DNA of 64,000 nt from Spirochaetia bacterium (GTDB lineage: Bacteria > Spirochaetota > Spirochaetia > UBA9216): the NCBI GenBank assembly GCA_965140585.1, contig OZ223269.1, positions 32,001 through 96,000 of the forward strand, in the 5' to 3' direction. The translations under genes and the position numbers were made by a program. The notes below the pieces were generated by a model. That model was not told the DNA's origin, searched no databases, and worked only from the letters and a program-made list of their open reading frames with translations. Every line of letters starts with the position of its first letter. Positions within the stretch are counted from its first letter, which is position 1. Shown here piece by piece: positions 51,199-61,621 of the stretch.

Positions 51199-54018
51199 TT
51201 AATCCATAATCAGCTGCAGTCCCTGAAAAAGAAATGCTCCATCCATATTCAGCTTAATGAACAAGGAAGCTCGCTCAAGTTCTAACAGGTAATATTCCTC
51301 TACAGCCGGAAGTGTCAGCCCGGCCTTTAAGCTTAAAGCTGAGGCATCCAGACCTATGCCGTATGAATAATATGTATACTCATCAATTATAAAGGATGGT
51401 GAAACAATTGAGAAATCAGCCTTTCCTTGAGTTGATAGGAACATGTACATGCCGCCGGTTACTGAAACCAGAAGATTTACCCCCGCCGAAAGTATGCCGT
51501 CATCAGGTCCGTCAGGACTTTCGGCATAACCGTAGGGACCTGCAGAGGCACTGAAAGAACAGGGTGATGTTGAATACGAACCTGAAAATTCAGTTTCTAC
51601 CAGAAAGATGTCCCGGAATATGGGAAAGCGAAAAGAGCCTGCCAGAACGGCCTGTGAAGCGTATTCAGTTCCAGCGCTGATACTTGACGGGTCAAACAGA
51701 TATTCGGCACTCAGCTCCCCCCTGAGCGGGCTTAAACCGCTTAAGGCCGAAGCATCCTTGACATATGAAAAATACATCCCGACAGCTGCTGTAAGCCCGT
51801 CTGCGGCTGTTATTCTGCTTCCGGAATCACTAATACCGAAGGCTGATGCTGATGACCGGGAGAGTTCATAGCTGAATGCAGAGTTTGCCGTGAGATAGAT
51901 GCTGCGGTTGAACTGGTGTTCGGCTATAAATGGTATAAAGTAGGCGCCTGTTACATCTGTTTTTTCAGTATACAAGTCGCTGTAGTCCGCTGTAAGTTCA
52001 CCGCTGTATGCATGAGAAATGCCGCCATACACATTTCCGGGGCCTGCCTTGAAAATAGTCACCAGTTCAATCTCCGGTCTCAGATCTTCAGGATACAAGG
52101 ATGCCGCCGCGCTCCAAACTGATTCAAAATCAAGATAGCTGCTGCTGAGTGAACAGCCGGCAGCAGTGATGCCGGCACCGAAGGCAACTGATGCAGGCCG
52201 CGGCGACATAGCAGGAATCGGCAGCCATAATACAGGCAGCGGCAAATTAAGAAAACTCTGCCCGGCCTGATGTTCCGTCTCCTGAACACTGAAATCATAT
52301 GCCGGAGGTATATGATCGCTGCTGATATCCGATATAAAAACCGCAGATTCAGGTTCTTTCATCACCTTCACACAGAAGCCCTGGGCGCTGTAAGATTCAT
52401 AAACTATGCTTCCGTCAACAGGGCTTCCCTTCAGTATGCCGACAGAATCCTCTGCTATGCATTCAAGGATCCCGGTGTCTTCAGAATACCGGAAAAGCTT
52501 CAGTCTGCCGCTATCCTCCCTGCAGAAGTATATACTTCCATCATCACCGATAACCGGGTTATAGTCTCCGGCAATGTCCGCAGCAAAAAGCGGTGAAGTT
52601 CTTCCGGAGAGCAAATCTGTTTTGTACAGATCCTGCATACCCCTGAGGCTTGCTGAAAAAATCAGTTCCTGTCCGGATGCTGTAAATACAGGGGTGAAAA
52701 CAGTTGCCTGCGACTCCCCGAAGGCTGTAGTTACAGATAGTGTTTCGGTATTTATAAGAATCAGTCTTGAGTAGCTGGAGTATGATTGGGCGGCAGCTAT
52801 ATAGCCTCCGTCTGGTGATAACGCCAGATCGTAAACTGCTAAGTCTTTAAGCAGGATTTCCCTTTTTCCGGTTTCGATGTTGAAACGGCATAGATCAGTT
52901 GCCATTTCCGATATTCCGGGCAGTCCAGCCTTTGAACGTGATGCTGCAAAGTATATATACCGCCCGTCACTGCTTATGCAGTAGGAATCACGTGTAGGCA
53001 GAGATGTCTCAAATACAATTTCTTCATTTTCGGGGAATCCAGGCCTATCCGGATCCTCAGTGAAACTTACAATTGCCGGTACAGAATCTGCATTAAAACG
53101 GTATGAGTACCATTTCTCTCCAATCTGTTTCGGGAAGCTGTAATTGTATCCGTTTTTTCTGGGCGAAATTATTTTTCCACGGTTTAATTTCAGATCATCC
53201 GCATATTCTCTTGTCAATTCTATCTTCATATCCGCGAATATATTCTCAAGACTTTCTCCGGTTTCATCTTTAACCGCGTCTTCAAAACTCATGAGCTCTG
53301 TGTTCTGCTTCCTGACTACCCGTGCGAATACATCCATCCCAAAGTGTTCCATCATGTAATTTACGATTATGTAGCCTGCGACATAAATACGTCCTGATGG
53401 CGGGTAGGGCGAACTGAATCCGGCTTCCTCAAGGCTGAACATGCTGTTCTCAATAATGGGAGCCTTATAATACAGTTCAAAAAAGGGATTTCTTCCTCTT
53501 CCGCCGTCAGTGAACTCTGTTTCAAGGTTTGTGGTTATCCCCTCAAGTGCCCATCCGGGTACTCCCCCGGCTCTCCATGACAGTGCTGCAGATCCGAAGA
53601 TTTTTGAAATGTTATGATCTATACCTTCCGGCCATGTTATATGAACATAGTGGGTAAGTTCATGTGTAAATACGTATTTAAGCCAGTTTTCATTTCCGGC
53701 ACCCAGCCATGGGCTTTTGGGACTTGTGACAAATATTGTAATCTGGGGCGGTACAGGGCTGAAATATCCGTTTGCTGTATCCATATCATTTGTTACAATG
53801 ACTTTGATATTATCCGGATACACTCCGAAATAGCCTGCTACCTTGTCGTATATGTCTTCTGCAAAGAAAAGCAGTTCATCAACAGCCCCGGCTTCGGTTT
53901 CCCTGTAGATAAATTTAAAGTGTTCGGTCTTCCGCTGAAGCAGTTCTGCCGCTGACACTGACAGCACTCCTGCTGTCCCGAATAAAATAATCACAATTAA
54001 AATTAATTTACTTTTCAT
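51199..54018 (-). CDS. secreted gluzincin-like peptidase + TolB-like propeller + probable beta-barrel
   Basis: HELTH...EG motif, SPDG-type propeller repeats, beta-rich C-terminus. Confidence 0.7.
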   Translation of the reverse strand: MKSKLILIVIILFGTAGVLSVSAAELLQRKTEHFKFIYRETEAGAVDELLFFAEDIYDKVAGYFGVYPDNIKVIVTNDMDTANGYFSPVPPQITIFVTSPKSPWLGAGNENWLKYVFTHELTHYVHITWPEGIDHNISKIFGSAALSWRAGGVPGWALEGITTNLETEFTDGGRGRNPFFELYYKAPIIENSMFSLEEAGFSSPYPPSGRIYVAGYIIVNYMMEHFGMDVFARVVRKQNTELMSFEDAVKDETGESLENIFADMKIELTREYADDLKLNRGKIISPRKNGYNYSFPKQIGEKWYSYRFNADSVPAIVSFTEDPDRPGFPENEEIVFETSLPTRDSYCISSDGRYIYFAASRSKAGLPGISEMATDLCRFNIETGKREILLKDLAVYDLALSPDGGYIAAAQSYSSYSRLILINTETLSVTTAFGESQATVFTPVFTASGQELIFSASLRGMQDLYKTDLLSGRTSPLFAADIAGDYNPVIGDDGSIYFCREDSGRLKLFRYSEDTGILECIAEDSVGILKGSPVDGSIVYESYSAQGFCVKVMKEPESAVFISDISSDHIPPAYDFSVQETEHQAGQSFLNLPLPVLWLPIPAMSPRPASVAFGAGITAAGCSLSSSYLDFESVWSAAASLYPEDLRPEIELVTIFKAGPGNVYGGISHAYSGELTADYSDLYTEKTDVTGAYFIPFIAEHQFNRSIYLTANSAFSYELSRSSASAFGISDSGSRITAADGLTAAVGMYFSYVKDASALSGLSPLRGELSAEYLFDPSSISAGTEYASQAVLAGSFRFPIFRDIFLVETEFSGSYSTSPCSFSASAGPYGYAESPDGPDDGILSAGVNLLVSVTGGMYMFLSTQGKADFSIVSPSFIIDEYTYYSYGIGLDASALSLKAGLTLPAVEEYYLLELERASLFIKLNMDGAFLFQGLQLIMD

Positions 54019-55199
54019 TCTTTCTTTGCCTTGTGTTCGGAATTGAGCAGGCTGGCCTTGGTGACCTTACTGCCCTTTGTTTTTATTGAAAAAACAGCCT
54101 TTTCAACCCTGTATTTTTTTTCAAACGGATCCTCAAACAGCTCCGGCTGTTCAGGTGAATCAGCATTCTCAACACTGTTGAAGCCTGTACCAATAAGTCT
54201 GACAGGCTCGGTTCCGTTCCATCTTGTGTTGAGCAGTTCGATGGAGTGCTGGAACAGCTCTTCCGCCGATGTTACATAGTGGTTCAGTGTTTTCTGCGCT
54301 GTTGTTGATGTGAAGTCGGAAAACCTGACCTTCAGGCAGAGTGTTTTGCTCTTCTTATTTTCCTTTATCATCCGGAACATTACGTGATGGGACAGCTCAA
54401 GAAGCATTTTCTCAAGGACTTCCCTGTCTCTCACATCTGAAGCGAAGGTTGTCTCGTTGCTGATTGAACTGCTTTTAACCGCTGTATTGTAGATGTCAAG
54501 ATCTACACCCCGGCATGCCTTATAAAGGAACTCGCCGCCTGATTTTCCGAATATGCTCATCAGGGCGTTTTCACTGAAAGTCCTGAGTTCTGGAATTGTT
54601 TTTATGTTTAAATCGGAGAGTTTTTCCAATGTTTTCTTGCCAAGGCCCCAGATATCCTTCAGTTCGAGCCTGTCAAGGAAGGCTTCGGTTTCTCCCTCTT
54701 TAACTATACACAATCCGTCAGGTTTGCCGTAATCGGATGCAAGTTTTGCAAGGAACCTTGTTTGAGCAGCACCTATAGAGATGTTAAGCCCCGATTCTTC
54801 TTTTACCCGTTTTTTTATCATCATGCCTGTATCATAAACACTGCCGAACAGCCGGTGAGTTCCCGTCATATCAAGAAAGGCTTCGTCAATGGATATCTGC
54901 ATGATATCGGGAGTAAACTCTTCAAAGAGCTTCATAATTCCGGCGGAAACGCTTTGGTAAAGTTTCATCCGTACCGGCAGGAAAACTCCCTCGGGACAGA
55001 GCCTTGAAGCTGTTACTGTGGGCATTGCTGAATGCACCCCGTATTTTCTTGCTTCATAGGAGCAGGCTGAAACTACTCCTCTTGAACCGGGGTTCCCTCC
55101 GATGATGACGGGTTTGCCGATAAGTTCAGGATTTTCACGCTGTTCAACAGCAGCGTAGAAGGCATCAAGATCTACATGAAAAATACGCTTCTTAATCAT
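54015..55199 (-). CDS. dinB: DNA polymerase IV
   Basis: HVDLDAFYAAVEQ, SYEARKYGVHSAMP, SIDEAFLD, AKLASD..KPDG. Confidence 0.95.
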   Translation of the reverse strand: MIKKRIFHVDLDAFYAAVEQRENPELIGKPVIIGGNPGSRGVVSACSYEARKYGVHSAMPTVTASRLCPEGVFLPVRMKLYQSVSAGIMKLFEEFTPDIMQISIDEAFLDMTGTHRLFGSVYDTGMMIKKRVKEESGLNISIGAAQTRFLAKLASDYGKPDGLCIVKEGETEAFLDRLELKDIWGLGKKTLEKLSDLNIKTIPELRTFSENALMSIFGKSGGEFLYKACRGVDLDIYNTAVKSSSISNETTFASDVRDREVLEKMLLELSHHVMFRMIKENKKSKTLCLKVRFSDFTSTTAQKTLNHYVTSAEELFQHSIELLNTRWNGTEPVRLIGTGFNSVENADSPEQPELFEDPFEKKYRVEKAVFSIKTKGSKVTKASLLNSEHKAKKE

Positions 55200-57300
55200 C
55201 GGAATACCGGGAGATAATGCTCAGATCAGAACTGATTAGAAGAGGCTGCCCCTGGATCTGCTGTAAAGAAGGAGGCGTGAAGTACTTTGCTTCAACGGTA
55301 ATATTGATTATAGCAGCAGAATTAATTGTGAGCATGAAATCGAGCGGGGACGGCGGGTTTTTACCTGTATAAATCTCTATACGCCTTTCGCCTGGAAAGT
55401 ATGTTGACGGGAAGCTGCTGTCAAAAAGTATCAGATCCTTATCGGAATTGATTTCTATACTTACTTCATCAGGCTTTTCTTCAAAGCTAATCTCTGCTTC
55501 AATTACACGCCGGTTAAGAAACTTCCTTGATTCTAGTTCGAAACCGATCTGACTGTCATAAACAGGTCCTTGATCGGCCATTGCATATAGTTCCTCTGCG
55601 GTTGCCTCATTAAGCGGTGCCGGACTGTTTATTGACAGTTCATGTGTCCCCGTGGTTTCGTCTATAAGCCCTGTTACCTGTACAGGCTGGGGATTCAGTT
55701 CATTAAAAGGTGAATAGCTGATCAGAAAAATGAGTATTCCCGCCGTCACTGCGGCAAAAGGGATTGGTGCCAGCCTTGTTACGTATTTGGATGGAGAAAT
55801 AAGCATATCAATACGGATAAGAGCAAGAACAAAGGGCAGAATAATAACACTGAGCACCAGGTTTCCGGAAAGCGGGGACAGGGTTATCATTCTTATCACA
55901 GTCAGTGAGGGAAGCCTGAATATTTCATAGAGGCCTGTCGCCAGAAGGAAGACTGAAAGAATCAGCATTACAATTTTCATCCATGTTTTTTTTACAACTG
56001 AAAAAATGAAAATAAAAAACAAAGCCCACAGGCTGAAATAGGACAGGGAAATATCAATAACTGAAAGGACAATAAGACTTATAACAAGAAAGAATATGGC
56101 TGAAATTGAATAGAAGCTCCCTTTTCGGGAAAATGGCAGCTTGATGAGAAGCCGCATGAGAAGGGAATAGAACAGCATAGAAAGTGATATCTTGAAAATA
56201 AAAATCAATCCCGGATTGTATTCCCATAAATCAGGGAAAGATATCAGCTCCAGTATTGTTGAAGTAAGCAGTGTTCCCAGAGCCAGCAGGCCGAATGTGA
56301 CTATATAGAGCATGGGCAGAGACCATAGGTTTTTCGACAGGGTATGCATATACCAGCCGAAATGTCTGCGCTTGAAGATTGGATAAATCATCAGTAGAGC
56401 AATAATTATAAGCAGTAGAAAAATATAGGAGGTCTCTCCCAGTCCGAATACATAGTGGCTGTCCCATTCATCCGGGAATCCGCCCGATTCCGAGATTGTA
56501 AATGCTTTAATAAACGTCAGCAGTTTTTGAGCGGCCTCACCGGGTTCCTCAGCCGTCCGGCCTGACTCAGCCTGAAGTTCAACAGCAGGATATCCCTCTT
56601 CCAGATAGAGTTTAATAAGGTTGTTCTCTCCTGAAGCTCTGAGCCTGTAAAGAACCGACTGGGTTTTTGAATGGAGTGTTTTGAATTCTGCGGATTTCAA
56701 TGCATCAGATGTCGAACTGAACAGCCAGAAAGGTGTGGTATATCCGTCTGTTCCAGAAATTATTCGGATTTTATTGGAAGGTTTCTGCAAATTCAGATAG
56801 ATAACCGCTGCAGGCGCCTCGGGATAGAATGAATCCAGAAAGTTCCTTGACCCCAGCGGATAATTACGGTTTCTGCCGAATTCAGCACCCAGAAAAAGGA
56901 TTTTTATGGAAACAGCAGGTTTGTTTGCGTGGAAGTAGTCCGCTGTATTTAGTGCCGCAGCAATTGTAAAACTTCCTGCATTCCGGTCTGATTCATTGAA
57001 AGCTGTATCAACCGGTACTGCGATTACCAGTATGTTCTCCGCATTACCTTTTATATCAGCTTCTACCGCTGAAGAAAAGGAATGATAGCCTTCGGATTCA
57101 CTGAAATCCCGTTCAGAGTATTCGACTCCGATTTCATTTAGACGCTGTTTTATATAGCTGAAAGTTTCTTTTTCGTTAGAAGACCCCTCAATTCTTGGAA
57201 AAAGCTTGGAAAAATAGTTAATATCGTTTATTATAGTATCCGGGAATGAAACGCTTGCAGTTATCAGACATAATATTATAGAGAAGCACAGTCTTTTCAT
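55192..57300 (-). CDS. M28-peptidase-like N-domain plus multi-pass membrane protein (probably catalytically degenerate)
   Basis: PR.EGS..E, AVPVDT, FLGAEFG; about 8 TM helices. Confidence 0.6.
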   Translation of the reverse strand: MKRLCFSIILCLITASVSFPDTIINDINYFSKLFPRIEGSSNEKETFSYIKQRLNEIGVEYSERDFSESEGYHSFSSAVEADIKGNAENILVIAVPVDTAFNESDRNAGSFTIAAALNTADYFHANKPAVSIKILFLGAEFGRNRNYPLGSRNFLDSFYPEAPAAVIYLNLQKPSNKIRIISGTDGYTTPFWLFSSTSDALKSAEFKTLHSKTQSVLYRLRASGENNLIKLYLEEGYPAVELQAESGRTAEEPGEAAQKLLTFIKAFTISESGGFPDEWDSHYVFGLGETSYIFLLLIIIALLMIYPIFKRRHFGWYMHTLSKNLWSLPMLYIVTFGLLALGTLLTSTILELISFPDLWEYNPGLIFIFKISLSMLFYSLLMRLLIKLPFSRKGSFYSISAIFFLVISLIVLSVIDISLSYFSLWALFFIFIFSVVKKTWMKIVMLILSVFLLATGLYEIFRLPSLTVIRMITLSPLSGNLVLSVIILPFVLALIRIDMLISPSKYVTRLAPIPFAAVTAGILIFLISYSPFNELNPQPVQVTGLIDETTGTHELSINSPAPLNEATAEELYAMADQGPVYDSQIGFELESRKFLNRRVIEAEISFEEKPDEVSIEINSDKDLILFDSSFPSTYFPGERRIEIYTGKNPPSPLDFMLTINSAAIINITVEAKYFTPPSLQQIQGQPLLISSDLSIISRYSDD

Positions 57301-57326
57301 TATGTTTCACAATAAGGGAAATTACA

Positions 57327-57869
57327 ATGATTCGTCAAGATTTAAAAACAAGACTGCTACCCGAGATTGAAAACTGCAGAAGCATAAGAAGCTTTTCAGC
57401 CCGTCCCGTAGAAGAAGAAAAGATTGAAAGTATCCTTGAGGCAGGAAGAATTGCCCCGTCTGCCAAAAACAGACAGCCCTGGCGTTTTATAGTTATCACT
57501 GATGAGGATGTGCGAAAGCAGGTTGAAAAAGCCGCCTATGGTCAGGAACATGTCGGGCAGGCTCCGGTTCTGATAGCGCTTGGAACAACCAATGTAGATT
57601 ATAAAATGCCCAACGGTCAGCCTTCACATCCGATCGATCTCAGTTTTGCTGCATCTTTTATGCTTATTCAGGCCAATGCAGAGGGATTAGGCGGGTGCGT
57701 GATTACTACCTATGATGAACGGGAGATGGGTGAAATCCTGACTGTTCCTTATAAGATGAGCATTGTTCTTCTGTTGGCCGTAGGTTATCCGGATCTGTCA
57801 GACAGTGAACGAGACAGCCTGAGGGAACGGAAACCGCTTTCTTCAATAACTTCAAGAAATCACTGGTAG
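57327..57869 (+). CDS. nitroreductase family protein
   Basis: RSIRSF, APSAKNRQPWRF, GLGGC, VGYP. Confidence 0.9.
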   Translation: MIRQDLKTRLLPEIENCRSIRSFSARPVEEEKIESILEAGRIAPSAKNRQPWRFIVITDEDVRKQVEKAAYGQEHVGQAPVLIALGTTNVDYKMPNGQPSHPIDLSFAASFMLIQANAEGLGGCVITTYDEREMGEILTVPYKMSIVLLLAVGYPDLSDSERDSLRERKPLSSITSRNHW

Positions 57870-57949
57870 TAATTATATTTTTCAGAATAAAAAATAATTC
57901 AGACCATAATATAATTCGTCCGGAAATTTAAAAATTAGGAGAACCTTCA

Positions 57950-58648
57950 ATGCCCACAATGTTTGAAATTTATAAAAATCATTCTGCAGAATATGATGAA
58001 CTTGTCAGCGCTGAGGATTATCAGGATAACCTTGGCGCATTTCTCCGCAGAAAGATAGAATGGAATGGTAAAAATGTCTATGAGGCTGGAATCGGTACCG
58101 GCCGTATGACTAAATACTATATTAAGTCAGCTGCTTCCTGTAGAGGATATGACAGGGAAATGCACATGCTTGAAAAATGCCGCAGTAATCTCTCTTCGTT
58201 CATGGATAAAATTACCCTCGGTCAGGCTCAAAATCTCGATCTGCCTGTACCTGAAATCCTGTCAGATGTTTTTATTGAGGGCTGGAGCCTTGGACATACT
58301 GCTGATGAATACGCAGAGACTATTTCTGATGTCTGCGGACGGATGGTTAACAGGATTAAAGAGATTGTTAAACCGGGCGGAGATATTCTGATTGTTGAAT
58401 CTCTGGGTACTCATGTTGAAAAGGCCGGTATTGCAAATAAAGCGCTTAATGATTTTCACACATACCTTGAAAATGAAGCCGGTTTTGAACGGAATGAGCT
58501 TCGTACTGATTATAAATTTAATAGCACTGCTGATGCTGCAAGAATATGCGGGTTCTTTTTCGGCGGGAATATGGGACGTGATATCATGGATAAGAAGCTT
58601 TCAGTTGTCAGGGAATATACCGGCGTCTGGTATCTTAAAAACATCTGA
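57950..58648 (+). CDS. class I SAM-dependent methyltransferase
   Basis: EAGIGTGR, KPGG; AGGAG SD. Confidence 0.8.
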   Translation: MPTMFEIYKNHSAEYDELVSAEDYQDNLGAFLRRKIEWNGKNVYEAGIGTGRMTKYYIKSAASCRGYDREMHMLEKCRSNLSSFMDKITLGQAQNLDLPVPEILSDVFIEGWSLGHTADEYAETISDVCGRMVNRIKEIVKPGGDILIVESLGTHVEKAGIANKALNDFHTYLENEAGFERNELRTDYKFNSTADAARICGFFFGGNMGRDIMDKKLSVVREYTGVWYLKNI

Positions 58649-58678
58649 CGCCGTCTGAATTGACTTACAGGAAGCTCC

Positions 58679-59794
58679 TTATACTGTTTCTGCTTCCTCT
58701 GCAAGGGTGAAAGACAGCTTATTCCTTGAGTTAAAACGTTCTTCACCAAGGGCTATAAGCTTATCAAGCATGTTAGAGTAGGGCAGACCGCCGGCTTCGC
58801 ACATTTTTGAAAACATACTTATGCTTGTAAATCCCGGTATGGTATTTACTTCGTTCAGCAGAAGCTTTCCGGTTTTACGGTCAATAAAAAAATCCACTCT
58901 TGCCATACCTTCAATTCCGGCTTCGAGATATGCTCTGACCGCTGTATCTTTTACTCTTTCGATCAGCTCTTCAGGAATGTCCGCCGGAATTATTAATGCG
59001 GCTCCGTTTTCATCTATGTATTTTGCTTCATAATCATAAAACTCGTGAGTTGGCGCTATCTCTCCGGGGAGATATGCTTCGGCAGTGAAGTTTCCTATAA
59101 CTGAACATTCAATCTCTCTTGCATCAACTGCAGGTTCAAAAATTATTCTTGAGTCGAATTTAAAAGCCTTTATCACTGCATCGGAGAATTCCGTGTAATC
59201 ATCAGCCTTGCTTATTCCTACAGAGGAGCCTGCTCTTGCAGGTTTTATGAATAGCGGATATCCGTACTCATTCTCAAGTTCAGATGCAAAGTCTGTAAGT
59301 GAAAAATCACTGCCGCTGTATAAATCAATATTCAGCGACCGGCAGGGGACAGTGTCCAGACCTGCTGCCATCCATATCTTTTTTATGATTTCCTTGTCCA
59401 TGCCGATTGAACTTCCGGAAACGCCTGAGCCTGCATATGGGAGATCGGCAAGCTCCAGCAGTCCCTGTACCGTGCCGTCTTCTCCGAAGGTTCCGTGAAG
59501 AACCGGAAATACAAAATCGATATCAAGTTTTCTGCCTTCGCAGAAAAGACCGGCTCCGGGAGCAATATATGCCAGCAGGTTTTCATCAGCGGTAATTGAA
59601 AGATCCCTTCCTGCATCAACATCGGCTGTCGCCTCCGGCTGAAGGTACCATCTGCCTGCTTTAGATATTCCAACCGCAGTTATCTCATACAGTCCGCGAT
59701 CAAGGTGGCTTATCACTGACGCCGCAGAAAGCATCGAAACCTCATGTTCCCCTGATTTTCCACCGTAGAGTATGCAGATGTTTTTTTTGTCCAT
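58679..59794 (-). CDS. ddl: D-alanine--D-alanine ligase
   Basis: GGKSGEHEVS, HGTFGEDG, GSSVG, YDYEAKY, NEVNTIPGFT. Confidence 0.95.
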   Translation of the reverse strand: MDKKNICILYGGKSGEHEVSMLSAASVISHLDRGLYEITAVGISKAGRWYLQPEATADVDAGRDLSITADENLLAYIAPGAGLFCEGRKLDIDFVFPVLHGTFGEDGTVQGLLELADLPYAGSGVSGSSIGMDKEIIKKIWMAAGLDTVPCRSLNIDLYSGSDFSLTDFASELENEYGYPLFIKPARAGSSVGISKADDYTEFSDAVIKAFKFDSRIIFEPAVDAREIECSVIGNFTAEAYLPGEIAPTHEFYDYEAKYIDENGAALIIPADIPEELIERVKDTAVRAYLEAGIEGMARVDFFIDRKTGKLLLNEVNTIPGFTSISMFSKMCEAGGLPYSNMLDKLIALGEERFNSRNKLSFTLAEEAETV

Positions 59795-59896
59795 AATTCC
59801 CTTCTTAGCTGATTATACTTGGTCTTTTCGGCCGATTGTCATTATAATGTTAAAGTCTTTACTTGTAAATTACGGTACTGAGGAGTGAGATAAGCA

Positions 59897-60925
59897 ATGC
59901 CGAAGAAAGCAATAGATCCTGCAACATGGACTTTTCTGTTATATTTTGGAATCATTATTCTGCTGTACATACTTTCGCCGGTGATTGTCAGTGCGCTAAT
60001 GCTGGGACTGTATTTGTCAATGATCATTATGGTTCCTGCAAGACTCCTTGCTAAAATTAAATTTATTCACCGCAAGGCTGCGGTTATTATCTCATCGGTT
60101 CTTATTTTTGCACTTCTGGCAATTACGGTTGTTCAGATATTTCCGATTGTATTTGATGAAGGAAAGAAGTTATTCAATGCAATTACCGCCGAGGGATTTA
60201 ATCTGACGCTGCCTGTATTTTTTGAGAATATGAAATACAGCGATACCATTCACCAGCTGGTTGATATGCTGGGAACACGCATATTCAATGCTTTCTCGTC
60301 AGCCGGTATTTCGCTGCTGAATAATCTTATAAAGGTAATTCCGGACGCACTCACTGCTTCAATTGTTTTTATTATTGCAGCTTCATATCTTACAGTGCTG
60401 ATTCCGGTTATAAAGAAAAATCTCTGGAGGTTTTTCCCTGCCTCAACCAGGGACAAGTCAATAGGCTTTGTTGAGGATTATTACACCAGTCTGAAATCTT
60501 TTATAAACGGACAGATGCTTATTGCCGCCTGTGTAGGGCTGATTGTCGGTGTAGGCATGAAAATAGCCGGGATTCCGTATTCACTTTTTTTAGGATTTTT
60601 ATCCTTTGTCACTAATTTTATTCCGTATCTGGGAATCATAACTGCCGCGGTTCCTTCAATATTTCTGGGCCTGTCGCATTACGGTGGCTGGGGCCTTTTG
60701 AGGGTAGCCATTGTTCTCTTGCTTGGTAATCAGATTGAAGTATGGCTATTATCTCCGCGCATTCAGGGCGACCGTATGGAGCTGAACTGGTTTGTCATTC
60801 TTTTGGGCATACTTCTGTTCGGCGGTATCTTCGGCATTGCCGGAGTACTTTTTGCAGTCCCGATCATGGTGTTTATCAGGAACTACTGGATAGAATACGT
60901 AGAGGAATTCTATAAAATCAGATAA
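59897..60925 (+). CDS. AI-2E family transporter
   Basis: GQ, NFIPYLG, PRI.G, G.FGIAGVLFAVP. Confidence 0.85.
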   Translation: MPKKAIDPATWTFLLYFGIIILLYILSPVIVSALMLGLYLSMIIMVPARLLAKIKFIHRKAAVIISSVLIFALLAITVVQIFPIVFDEGKKLFNAITAEGFNLTLPVFFENMKYSDTIHQLVDMLGTRIFNAFSSAGISLLNNLIKVIPDALTASIVFIIAASYLTVLIPVIKKNLWRFFPASTRDKSIGFVEDYYTSLKSFINGQMLIAACVGLIVGVGMKIAGIPYSLFLGFLSFVTNFIPYLGIITAAVPSIFLGLSHYGGWGLLRVAIVLLLGNQIEVWLLSPRIQGDRMELNWFVILLGILLFGGIFGIAGVLFAVPIMVFIRNYWIEYVEEFYKIR

Positions 60926-60968
60926 CCTTCTCCGGGATTAAGCTTACAGCGTTTGCAATTTTGCAGGT

Positions 60969-61565
60969 CTATGCGCGTCCGACCACCTGAGTGTAGATAA
61001 TCTTCTGCTGTTCAGCCAGTCCCATTTTGCTGTGAAGCTTTACACGGTCCACAAAGCCGAGGATGCAGGTGTTAAGACCTGCAGCGGTACAGTAAAGGTA
61101 TACATTCTGACTGATAAATCCTGTATCGGTTCCTGAAACAAAATATTTTCGATCATCATTTTTTGCCAGATACTTCTTCAGTTTTGAATAGTCTGAAACA
61201 TATACCAGTCCAAGAGGCGCATCTTTCATCATTTTTTGTGTTCCGATATCCGGCCTCAGATTATCTTCTTTTACACACTTCAGACTATGCTGAGCAGGAT
61301 TGTATAAAAATACTCCTGATTCAATAATGATGTAAACGCTGATTTCCTGTGAGTTTGATGCTGATGGTGCAGTCCGTCTGCTTTTACTTCGTTTAGTTTC
61401 AGCGAGGCTTATTCCGCACGCTGCCCACAAAATATTCGATATCTGCTGAATAGACAACTGCTCCCCGGAGAATTTTCTTTTTGAACGTCGTTGTTCCAGA
61501 GCTTTCATGAGAGGAAACGTAATATCTGTCTGAGGCGGGGGTAGCTTAATATCCGGTTCTTTCAT
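60969..61565 (-). CDS. SagB/ThcOx-like nitroreductase-family dehydrogenase
   Basis: RRSKR.F, LWAA.G, RTAPSA, QNVYL. Confidence 0.85.
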   Translation of the reverse strand: MKEPDIKLPPPQTDITFPLMKALEQRRSKRKFSGEQLSIQQISNILWAACGISLAETKRSKSRRTAPSASNSQEISVYIIIESGVFLYNPAQHSLKCVKEDNLRPDIGTQKMMKDAPLGLVYVSDYSKLKKYLAKNDDRKYFVSGTDTGFISQNVYLYCTAAGLNTCILGFVDRVKLHSKMGLAEQQKIIYTQVVGRA

Positions 61566-61621
61566 ACAGAAAGGGTAGGGCTGCTTTAAAATTATTTCAA
61601 ATTAATTTTTATAATTTATTT

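Noticed and set aside
60969-61565. Azole-containing RiPP cluster
   Set aside because: Stand-alone SagB-like domain with no YcaO, E1-like protein or precursor.
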